Positions 25,407 through 32,000 of a stretch of 32,000 nt of DNA are shown here, piece after piece. The stretch's first letter is position 1, and each line of letters opens with the position of its first letter. The notes beneath the pieces were generated by a model. That model was not told the origin of the DNA. It worked only from the letters and a program-made list of their open reading frames with translations, and searched no databases. The DNA lies in assembly GCF_042660085.1 (NCBI RefSeq), contig NZ_JBHSTI010000008.1, positions 1,020,001 to 1,052,000 on the forward strand, written 5' to 3'. This stretch comes from Longivirga aurantiaca (GTDB taxonomy: Bacteria > Actinomycetota > Actinomycetes > S36-B12 > CAIYMF01). The translations under genes and the position numbers were made by a program.

Positions 25407-27575
25407 GTGGACGCGCTGCGCGGCGCGTGCCGCCAGGGCTGGTTGGATCAGGGGGTGAGCACCCCCGACGACGCCGACGAGCCCTCCGGCGTCGAGCGTG
25501 GCCCGACGGTGACGCGCCCCAAGAAGTCGTCGTCTGCGAACAAGAAGAGCGCCCCCGAAGCCTCGGTGGCCGAGGCGCTGGCAGCGGCCGTGGGCGGGCT
25601 CGACGGCGAGGGCGAGGACCGCCCGGGGCAGCTGCAGATGGCCGAGGCGGTCGCCTCCGCGCTCGGTGGCTCCGGTCACCTGCTCGTCCAGGCCGGCACC
25701 GGCACCGGCAAGTCGCTCGCCTACCTCGTGCCGGCGATCCTGCACGCGACGTCGCCCGAGCGCCGCGTGGTCGTCGCCACCGCCACCCTGGCGCTGCAGC
25801 ACCAGCTCGTGAGCCGCGACCTCCCACGCTTGGCGGACGCTCTCGAGCCCGTGCTGGGGCGGCGTCCGACGTACGCCGTGCTCAAGGGACGGCACAACTA
25901 CCTCTGCCTCGACCGGCTGCACCGCGGGGTGCCGGACGACTCCGACGACGATGCGCTGTTCGCCGCGCCCACCACCGTGCTGGGCAAGCAGGCCAAGGAG
26001 CTGCGCGAGTGGTCGGACGACACCGAGACCGGAGACCGCGACGACCTCCCCTTCGCCGTCGACGGGCGCGTGTGGCGCGCGGTGTCGGTGAACGGCCGCG
26101 AGTGCGTGGGCGCTGCCAAGTGCTCCTACGGCCAGGAGTGCTTCGCCGAGGCCGCTCGTGCCAAGGCGGTGCAGTCGCAGGTGGTGATCACCAACCACGC
26201 GATGCTTGCGATCCACACGCTCGACAACGTGCCCGTGCTGCCCGAGCACGACGCCGTCGTGATCGACGAGGGGCACGAGCTCGTCGACCGCGCGACGGCC
26301 GCGGTGTCGTCCGAGCTGTCGGGCCCGCTCGTCGAGCGCGCGGTGCAGCGCTCGCGCCGGCTCATCGAGGCCGACCTCGCCGACCGGCTCGACTTCGCCG
26401 CCGAGGCGCTCGGGATCGAGCTCGCGCTCCGCGCCGAGGGGTCGACGTCGTCGATCAGGCTCGAGGAGATCACGGGCTCGCTGCTGCTCGCGCTCGCCTC
26501 GGTGCGCGACACCACGCACGCGGCGATCACGGCGTTGAACGGCGCGATGAGCTCGGCGAAGGACGACCCCGAGGCGCTCGCGACCTCCACCCGCGCGCGC
26601 GGGCTGCTCACCGAGATCCACGACGTCGCCGGCGCGCTGCTCGAGATGGACGACGAGGACGTCGTGTGGATCGACACCGGCGACCGCCGCGCGCCCGTGC
26701 TCAAGCTCGCGCCGCTCTCGGTCGCGGGGCTGCTGCGCACGCAGCTGTTCGACACCTCGCGCGTGGTCGTCACGTCGGCCACGCTGCAGCTCGGCGGCTC
26801 GTTCGAGCCCGTCGCACGGTCGTTCGGCCTGCCGCTCGACGGCACGTCGTCCGCCGAGGGTGCCTGGACCGGCCTCGACGTCGGATCGCCGTTCGACCAT
26901 GCGCGCCAAGGGATCCTGTACGTCGCCACTCGCGTGCCGCCGCCGGGGCGCGGCGGCACCGACGACGCCGCGATGGAGGAGCTGGCCGACCTGATCGGTG
27001 CGGCGGGTGGTCGGACCCTGGCGCTGTTCTCGTCGTGGCGCGGCGTCGAGAAGGCCGAGGAGGCGCTCGGCGAGCTGCTGCCCGACCGTCTCCTCGACCG
27101 CAAGATCGTGCCGCTCGACGTGCCGGTCTACGTGCAGAGGCGCGGCGACTCCGTGGCCGACCTCGTGTCTCGCTTCTCGGCTCACCCGCGGTCGGTGCTG
27201 CTGGGCACGCTCTCGCTCTGGCAGGGCGTCGACGTGCCGGGGGAGGCGTGCCACCTCGTGGTGATCGACCGCATCCCGTTCCCGCGGCCGGACGATCCGC
27301 TGGTCGCCGCGCGATCGCGCTTCGCCGAGGAGCACGGGTCGAACGGGTTCACCGCGGTCTCGGTGCCGCGCGCGGCCCTGCTGCTCGCCCAGGGCGTCGG
27401 GCGGCTCATCCGTACCTCGTCCGACCGCGGGGTCGTGGCCGTGCTCGACCCGCGGCTCGCGACGTCCGGCTATGGGCCGTACCTGCGCAAGAGCCTGCCG
27501 CCGTTCTGGTTCACCACCGACGGTGCGCTCGTCCGCCAGAGCCTGACGCGCCTCGACGAGCTCGCCTCCGGCTGA
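25407..27575 (+). CDS. dinG: ATP-dependent DNA helicase, DinG/XPD (Rad3) family with Fe-S cluster cysteines
   Basis: Walker A QAGTGTGKSLAYL and DEGH box (VVIDEGHEL). Four Cys lie in the Fe-S insertion (YLCLD, GRECVG, AKCSY, QECFA). C-terminal helicase motifs LFSSW and GLWQGVDVPG-like (SLWQGVDVPG). GTG 25407; in-frame GTG 25455, after AGGGGG, is an alternative start. Confidence 0.9.
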   Translation: MDALRGACRQGWLDQGVSTPDDADEPSGVERGPTVTRPKKSSSANKKSAPEASVAEALAAAVGGLDGEGEDRPGQLQMAEAVASALGGSGHLLVQAGTGTGKSLAYLVPAILHATSPERRVVVATATLALQHQLVSRDLPRLADALEPVLGRRPTYAVLKGRHNYLCLDRLHRGVPDDSDDDALFAAPTTVLGKQAKELREWSDDTETGDRDDLPFAVDGRVWRAVSVNGRECVGAAKCSYGQECFAEAARAKAVQSQVVITNHAMLAIHTLDNVPVLPEHDAVVIDEGHELVDRATAAVSSELSGPLVERAVQRSRRLIEADLADRLDFAAEALGIELALRAEGSTSSIRLEEITGSLLLALASVRDTTHAAITALNGAMSSAKDDPEALATSTRARGLLTEIHDVAGALLEMDDEDVVWIDTGDRRAPVLKLAPLSVAGLLRTQLFDTSRVVVTSATLQLGGSFEPVARSFGLPLDGTSSAEGAWTGLDVGSPFDHARQGILYVATRVPPPGRGGTDDAAMEELADLIGAAGGRTLALFSSWRGVEKAEEALGELLPDRLLDRKIVPLDVPVYVQRRGDSVADLVSRFSAHPRSVLLGTLSLWQGVDVPGEACHLVVIDRIPFPRPDDPLVAARSRFAEEHGSNGFTAVSVPRAALLLAQGVGRLIRTSSDRGVVAVLDPRLATSGYGPYLRKSLPPFWFTTDGALVRQSLTRLDELASG

Positions 27576-27596
27576 GCGTCCACCGACCTCTCGCCC

Positions 27597-27785
27597 GCAG
27601 CCGGGTAACCAGGGTGCTCTCTACGACGGATTCGCCACTCAGCCACCGCGCGGGCCCCGAAGCTGGGTAACCAGGGTGCGCTCTACGACGGATTCTCCAC
27701 TCAGCTATCGCGCGGGCCCCGCAGCCGGGTAGCCAGGGTGCGTTCTACGACGGATTCGCCACTCAGCCAGCACACCCGCGCGCCG
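27597..27785 (-). repeat. Array B: 62-bp tandem repeat, about 3 copies, same family as array A but inverted
   Basis: The (c/t)cgggta(a/g)cc landmarks recur at 27601, 27663 and 27725, a period of 62. The B2 unit is 37/43 identical to the reverse complement of the array A unit over gggtaac...ctcagcta. Confidence 0.85.
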
Positions 27786-27926
27786 GTCGTACGGGGTGCG
27801 GGGTACGCCGTCCGGTGGGCGGTCGATCCGAGGCTCGTGCGCGTCAGGTGGTTTGCGCGCTCCGCGACCGGGGAGCACAGGGTCATGCGGTGACGCGTGC
27901 TGTCGCCCCGATGAGCAGGAGCAGCC

Positions 27927-28805
27927 ATGACCTACCAGCCCGAGCGCGACGGATTCAGCGTCGCCCGTTCGAACGCCGACACCCAGGACGACCGCCCCGT
28001 CGTCGTCGACGACGACGGCACCACCCGCACCGCCGACGACGCGCACCTGGTCGACGACACGCGCACCGATCACGTCGCCAGCGAAAGGCTGGAGACCGAC
28101 CGCGACGCTGGCCGGCACACTAGGGCGACGGACGCCGAGGATGCCCACACCGTGGTCGCCGGCGACCCGCGCGCCGTCCGTGGCCGCCGTGTCGACACCG
28201 TCGCGACGACGATGATGGCGCCCTCTGCCGTCGTCGCCCGCGAGCGTGCAGCGTTCGGCGGCATCAAGTGGGGCTCGGCGTTCTTCGGCTGGCTCAGCGC
28301 GATGGGCCTCGCCGTCATCCTCACCGGCCTCGTCGCCGGCGCTGGCACGGCACTCGGCATCGCCAACGACGTGAACGGCTCGGATGTCGTGGGCGACGTG
28401 ACCCGCGGGAACGCCTCGACCATCGGCGTCGCCGGTGCGATCGCCGTACTTCTGATCATCCTGGTCTCGTACTACGCGGGCGGCTACGTCGCCGGCCGCA
28501 TGGCCCGCTTCGACGGTGCCCGCCAGGGCCTCGCCGTCTGGCTGTGGTCGATCGTGATCGCCGTCATCGTCGGCGTCGTCGCCCTCGTGGCCGGGAGCCA
28601 GTACGACGTGCTCGGCAACCTCAACGTGTTCCCGCGCCTGCCGTTCGGCGACTCCGAGCTGAGCACAGCAGGCGTCATCGCGCTGCTCGCGACGGTCGTG
28701 GTCAGCCTGCTCGGCGCCATCCTCGGCGGACTCGCGGGGATGGGCTTCCACCGCAAGGTCGACGCCGTGGCGTTCGACCCCGAGCCCGTGACCGTCTCCG
28801 CCTGA
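27927..28805 (+). CDS. Membrane protein of unknown function with long acidic N-terminal region
   Basis: ATG lies 6 nt after AGGAG. The first ~105 aa are Asp/Thr/Arg-rich and low-complexity. Four hydrophobic helices follow, starting at FGGIKWGSAFFGWLSAMGLAVIL. Confidence 0.7.
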   Translation: MTYQPERDGFSVARSNADTQDDRPVVVDDDGTTRTADDAHLVDDTRTDHVASERLETDRDAGRHTRATDAEDAHTVVAGDPRAVRGRRVDTVATTMMAPSAVVARERAAFGGIKWGSAFFGWLSAMGLAVILTGLVAGAGTALGIANDVNGSDVVGDVTRGNASTIGVAGAIAVLLIILVSYYAGGYVAGRMARFDGARQGLAVWLWSIVIAVIVGVVALVAGSQYDVLGNLNVFPRLPFGDSELSTAGVIALLATVVVSLLGAILGGLAGMGFHRKVDAVAFDPEPVTVSA

Positions 28806-28809
28806 TCTC

Positions 28810-28836
28810 GACCGTCGGCTGAGGAGCCGACGGGTC
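28810..28836 (+). terminator. Hairpin immediately after the membrane-protein stop
   Basis: GACCGTCGGCT gagg AGCCGACGGGTC: a 11-12 bp stem with one bulged base and a 4-nt loop, starting 5 nt after TGA 28803-28805. Confidence 0.6.
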
Positions 28837-28973
28837 TGGCGACGCGCACGTGGTGGAGGCACCCACTCTCCCGCCGTCCCGTGCAAGCGCCGGATATCCG
28901 GACGAGGGCCGTGACCCCGCTCGAGTCACGGTTCTCGTCATGTTTGGCGTCAGCGATTGCGGGCATTGAGCGT

Positions 28974-29029
28974 CTGCGATTCCGTCGTCTCCCGGGCCGG
29001 ATTGGGGCCGGGAGACGGCGGGTCCGCAG
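28974..29029 (+). repeat. 56-bp palindromic element H1 (downstream of the CPBP gene)
   Basis: ctgcgattccgtcgtctcccgggccgg...ggccgggagacggcgggtccgcag has imperfect ~24-nt arms. It is 46/56 identical, without gaps, to H2. Confidence 0.65.
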
Positions 29030-29068
29030 CTGGTACGCCGCCCGCCGCCGGATCACCAGAGCGCCGGA

Positions 29069-29818
29069 TCACCAGAGCGCGTAGATGGGCCCGACGAGGA
29101 AGTACGCCGTCATCCCGATCGTGTTGTTGAAGCCGTGGGCCAGGACCGCCGCCCAGAGGCTGCGGTAGTGCAGGCGGAGCACGGCGAAGAACAGGGCGTC
29201 GAGGAAGGTCAGGACGACACCGACCGTGCCCTGCTCGGTGTGGATCAGCGCGAAGAGCGCGGACGACACAAGAACAGCCACCACCACGCCAAGCGCGCCC
29301 GGACCGATCGCGTCCGCGATCCGGGTGAGGACGAAGCCGCGGAACGCGAGCTCCTCGCCGACGGCCGCGAGGGTCCACGAGAGCGCGAGCAGCACAGCAA
29401 GGCGGGCGACGTCGCCCTCCAGGCTGACGAAGGCCGACACGTCCTGCTGCTCGCCGATCAGGTGCTCGAGCACCGGCATGAACAGCGCGATCACCGCGAC
29501 CGTCCAGCCGACCGAGAGCGCGAGAACGATCCCGGCAGTCCGCCAGGGATGGTCGAGTCGTCGCATCCCCAGCGTGCTCAGGTGCTCGCGACGTACGAGC
29601 AGCGAGACCACCATGACCAGCAGGATCACCAGCGACGGCAGGGCCAGATCCAGGACGACCGCCACCGCGCAGGCCACCACCTCGACGGCAGCGACCCAGC
29701 GCCACAGCGTCGAGCACCGTCGCGGCGGATCCGAGGTGAATGCTCCGATGTCGGCGCGCGCAGCGCTCGTGAGTGCGGCCACCGTCCACCCCCAGGCGAG
29801 ATCCGTTCGGGCCGTCAT
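29069..29818 (-). CDS. CPBP family intramembrane glutamic endopeptidase (CAAX protease / Abi family)
   Basis: Motif 1 AAVGEELAFRGF, motif 2 SSALFALIH, motif 3 AVLAHGFNN. The protein has multiple TM segments. Confidence 0.85.
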   Translation of the reverse strand: MTARTDLAWGWTVAALTSAARADIGAFTSDPPRRCSTLWRWVAAVEVVACAVAVVLDLALPSLVILLVMVVSLLVRREHLSTLGMRRLDHPWRTAGIVLALSVGWTVAVIALFMPVLEHLIGEQQDVSAFVSLEGDVARLAVLLALSWTLAAVGEELAFRGFVLTRIADAIGPGALGVVVAVLVSSALFALIHTEQGTVGVVLTFLDALFFAVLRLHYRSLWAAVLAHGFNNTIGMTAYFLVGPIYALW

Positions 29819-29966
29819 CGAGGTTAGGACCGTGAGGCGCGCGGTCGCAGCCGAGCGGGCGGGGTGTCAGGCGGCTCACCGACGTGCGGCGCCTGACTGC
29901 CCGTGGCGACGGCCGGGCTGCCTCGACGTGCGGTGCGGGTCACGGCCCCGGCAGGCGGCGTACGGG

Positions 29967-30022
29967 CTGCGAATCCGTCGTCTCCCGGGCCGGTCAGGAC
30001 CTGGGAGACGACGGATCCACAG
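29967..30022 (+). repeat. 56-bp palindromic element H2 (upstream of CPBP; probable hsp20 terminator)
   Basis: ctgcgaatccgtcgtctccc...gggagacgacggatccacag has a perfect 14-bp core stem, ATCCGTCGTCTCCC / GGGAGACGACGGAT. It lies 21 nt beyond the hsp20 stop (30043). Confidence 0.65.
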
Positions 30023-30042
30023 ATGGTGCGCCGTGCCGACGG

Positions 30043-30510
30043 TCAGGTGGCGGTGACCTGCGGCGCGTCGACGTGGCCGGCGACAACCTTGGCGTCGTTC
30101 GTCACCGCGATGTCGATGCGGCGCGGCTTGGCCTTCTCCGCCACGGGGATCGACACGGTGAGCACGCCATTCTCATAGGTCGCCGAGATGCCGTCGGTGT
30201 CGACGCCCTCGCCGAGGGAGAGCTGGCGCATGTAGCTGCCGGTGAAGCGCTCGCTCGCGAGCCACTCGACCGACTCCTCGGTGCGGCCGCTGCGCTCGGC
30301 GCGGATGGTGAGCGTGCCGTTGTCCACGTGGACGTCGACGGAGCCCGGGTCGACGCCCGGGAGGTCGGCGTGCAGCACGTAGTGGTCGCCGGACTTGTAG
30401 AGGTCCATCGGCATGAAGCGCGGTGCGCGCGGGGAGCCTGCCGGGACTCCGAGCATCTGCTCGGTCAGCCGGTCCAGGTCACGGAACGGGTCGAAACGAA
30501 GCACGGCCAT
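30043..30510 (-). CDS. Small heat-shock protein, Hsp20/alpha-crystallin family
   Basis: ATG 30510 lies 6 nt after AAGGAGG. MAVLRFDPFRDLDRL, the ACD core (DLYKSGDHYVLHADLPGVD...LTIRAER) and YENGVLTVSIP are present. The track start 30540 is upstream of the SD. Confidence 0.92.
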   Translation of the reverse strand: MAVLRFDPFRDLDRLTEQMLGVPAGSPRAPRFMPMDLYKSGDHYVLHADLPGVDPGSVDVHVDNGTLTIRAERSGRTEESVEWLASERFTGSYMRQLSLGEGVDTDGISATYENGVLTVSIPVAEKAKPRRIDIAVTNDAKVVAGHVDAPQVTAT

Positions 30511-30579
30511 GGTGACCTCCTTGGGCGCTGTTCGTGCCACCCCACCACCGCGGTGAGGCGGCTCCGTGCACGGCTCAGA

Positions 30580-30606
30580 TTAGCAGTCGGCACCGGAGAG
30601 TGCCAA
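30580..30606. promoter_or_regulatory. CIRCE-like inverted repeat (putative HrcA operator) upstream of hsp20
   Basis: TTAGCAGTC-N9-GAGTGCCAA matches the CIRCE consensus TTAGCACTC-N9-GAGTGCTAA at 16/18 positions with exact 9-nt spacing. It lies 70-96 nt upstream of the hsp20 ATG. Confidence 0.55.
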
Positions 30607-30835
30607 GTGGTACGACGCCCGCGATCCGATGCGGCACACCAGGTATGGGTCACCGTCTGCCCGATCAGGGGGCCGAGTCGACGCGTTCCGTGCGGCCGTC
30701 CGCGTGGTGCCGCATGAGGGGGCCGGCGTCGTCGTTCGGCGCCGTCGTACAGATCTGCTGCCACGAGGATCGATCCCCGGTCGGGCGACCTCGCCGACCT
30801 CCTCGTGCTCGGGCGTGAACCAGAACCGAGCATGG

Positions 30836-30872
30836 CCGGACACCACGAGGCGGGAGGCCTCGTGGTGTCCGG
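30836..30872. other. Strong isolated hairpin in an unassigned region
   Basis: 15-bp stem CCGGACACCACGAGG / CCTCGTGGTGTCCGG with the 7-nt loop cgggagg. Confidence 0.5.
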
Positions 30873-31030
30873 TCCGGGGTGGAGAACTAGAGGCGGCGCA
30901 GCACCGCGACGAGCGTGCCGACGCACGGCGACCGGTGAGCGGCTCACGAGGCGGTGGTCGGATCGGCGGCGCGTCCGACCCCTGCGCCCCGCCGGCCGGG
31001 GACGGGTCCGCGGTCGTGCGCAGGGGGCGG

Positions 31031-31061
31031 CGCCGCATCGCGTAGAGGGGGAGATGCGGCG
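31031..31061 (-). terminator. Hairpin 26 nt downstream of the repeat-protein stop
   Basis: 9-bp stem CGCCGCATC / GATGCGGCG with a 13-nt loop. Confidence 0.45.
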
Positions 31062-31086
31062 CCGCGTCGGGGACGTCCGAGGACGT

Positions 31087-31854
31087 CTACATGCTGGCCA
31101 GGATGGCCCGCTCGGCCACGTCGGGGCCGCCGGACATCCAGTAGGCGATGCCGGCCCGCTCGGCCACGTCGGGACCGCCGGACAGCACCGGGACGAGCCC
31201 TGCGCGCTCGGCCACGTCGGGGCCACCGGACTTCCAGTAGCCCGGCACCGAGGTCTTCGCGAGGATCGCGCGCTCGGCCACGTCGGGGCCGCCGGACAGC
31301 ACCGGGACGAGCCCTGCGCGCTCGGCCACGTCGGGGCCGCCGGACATCCAGTAGCCCGGCACCGAGGTCTTCGCGAGGATCGCGCGCTCGGCCACGTCGG
31401 GACCGCCGGACATGCCGTCATCGAGGGCGGCCGCCAGGGCCATGCGCTCGAGACCGGCGCGCTCCGCGACGTCGACACCGCCGGGGAGCAGGTACTCGAT
31501 GCCCGCGCGCTCGGCCACGTCGGGTCCGCCCGACATGTCCGTGACGACGGGGATGAGCGTGACAGGCGCCGGCGCCGGAGGCGCGGGCGGCTGGGTCTGG
31601 GTCGTCGACATCAGCTGGATCACGATCGCCGCGACCACCATGCCGACGAGGACGACGATGATGAGCCCGACCAGGATCGGGGAGGGACGCGCCGCCGGGG
31701 CGGGCGTCGGAGTCGTGCCGACGGGCGGAATCGTCGGGGACACCTCCACCTTGGGGGTGTCCGTGAGCGCGTGCAGCGACGAGATGTCGTCCGGGACGAC
31801 GGGCTGCTCGTGCAGGGTGTCGAACTCATGCGGGTTCTGCGTGGGAGTACTCAT
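31087..31854 (-). CDS. Single-pass membrane protein with eight SGGPDVAERA repeats
   Basis: ATG 31854 lies 6 nt after GGGAGG. The N-terminal ~57 aa are followed by the TM helix ILVGLIIVVLVGMVVAAIVIQL and a Pro-rich linker. Then come 8 copies of (M/K)SGGPDVAERA(G/I)(L/I), separated by short hydrophobic/aromatic segments, to the C-terminus. Confidence 0.8.
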   Translation of the reverse strand: MSTPTQNPHEFDTLHEQPVVPDDISSLHALTDTPKVEVSPTIPPVGTTPTPAPAARPSPILVGLIIVVLVGMVVAAIVIQLMSTTQTQPPAPPAPAPVTLIPVVTDMSGGPDVAERAGIEYLLPGGVDVAERAGLERMALAAALDDGMSGGPDVAERAILAKTSVPGYWMSGGPDVAERAGLVPVLSGGPDVAERAILAKTSVPGYWKSGGPDVAERAGLVPVLSGGPDVAERAGIAYWMSGGPDVAERAILASM

Positions 31855-32000
31855 GACGACCTCCCAGGTCGCGACGCCGATTCCCTGGCGTCCAGCTCAA
31901 GGATAGATCGCGGCCGAGGTCGTAGCGCGCCGGGCGAGCCCGGGCGCCGGGTGCTGCTGGGGCCCGCCCGACCCGCACGCGCCGAGGGCCGAGAACCAGA

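Noticed and set aside
25346-25454. A search for an SOS (LexA) box or RecA-independent damage promoter upstream of dinG.
   Set aside because: No TCGAAC-N4-GTTCGA-like sequence was found. Only a weak 5-bp inverted repeat is present (GTCCA-N8-TGGAC, 25395-25412), which is too short to interpret.
16234-27785. The inverted arrays read as terminal inverted repeats of a composite transposon or genomic island.
   Set aside because: The interior has no transposase, integrase or recombinase. It contains core housekeeping genes (dapF, hflX, dinG) in their usual actinobacterial order.
25407-29818. DinG-family helicase plus CPBP/Abi-family protease read as an anti-phage defence locus.
   Set aside because: The helicase has the full housekeeping DinG/XPD architecture, with Fe-S cysteines and no fused nuclease or partner. 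The genes are separated by repeats, terminators and an unrelated membrane protein, and they are on different strands. Nothing supports an operon.
30629-31045. Track ORFs 30629..31045(+), 30580..31038(-) and 30534..30818(+) as genes between hsp20 and the repeat protein.
   Set aside because: They are Arg/Pro-rich, have poor third-position GC relative to real genes here, lack SD sequences and show no recognisable motifs.
31109-31540. A regularly spaced ~30-nt DNA repeat (cgctcggccacgtcggggccgccgga) that could be mistaken for a CRISPR array.
   Set aside because: All spacings are multiples of 3. The repeats lie in one long ORF with a strong SD and encode a consistent peptide module. Some of the intervening 'spacers' are themselves duplicated. 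No cas genes are present in the window.
31975-32000. An 11-nt match (gggccgagaac) between the window end and the reverse complement of the sequence just before element E1 (11021-11033).
   Set aside because: A match of this length is expected by chance many times in 32 kb of GC-biased sequence. The flanks do not align.

Overview
This is a very GC-rich actinobacterial chromosomal segment. It has Micrococcales/Cellulomonas-like traits: PT-rich linkers, frequent GTG starts and 4-7 nt gene overlaps. The backbone is the conserved housekeeping string rny - miaB - miaA - dapF - hflX - dinG, all on the + strand. Accessory genes interrupt it in four groups. (1) Cell-envelope glycan/lipid modifiers: an AT3-SGNH acyltransferase, a PAP2 phosphatase, a NodB deacetylase lipoprotein, a PIG-L deacetylase, a GT4 glycosyltransferase and a DUF1624-like membrane protein. 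(2) An overlapping ATP-grasp / proline-dehydrogenase pair. (3) A c-di-GMP island with two paralogous membrane GGDEF cyclases, one degenerate soluble GGDEF, one GGDEF 3' fragment and an EEP nuclease/phosphatase. (4) A stress/envelope end with a membrane protein, a CPBP protease, Hsp20 with a CIRCE-like operator, and a membrane-anchored SGGPDVAERA-repeat protein. I recognised no rRNA, tRNA, CRISPR, transposase or integrase. The most unusual content is largely non-genic. A 62-bp tandem-repeat family occurs as two 3-copy arrays in opposite orientation (16262-16423 and 27597-27785). A 52-nt element is conserved just downstream of both miaB and miaA. Two 56-bp palindromic elements flank the CPBP gene. 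The repeat protein at 31087-31854 is also unusual. Most other long ORFs in the track, on opposite strands or alternative frames of the called genes, are high-GC shadow ORFs. All family assignments come from motifs read by eye; no database search was possible.
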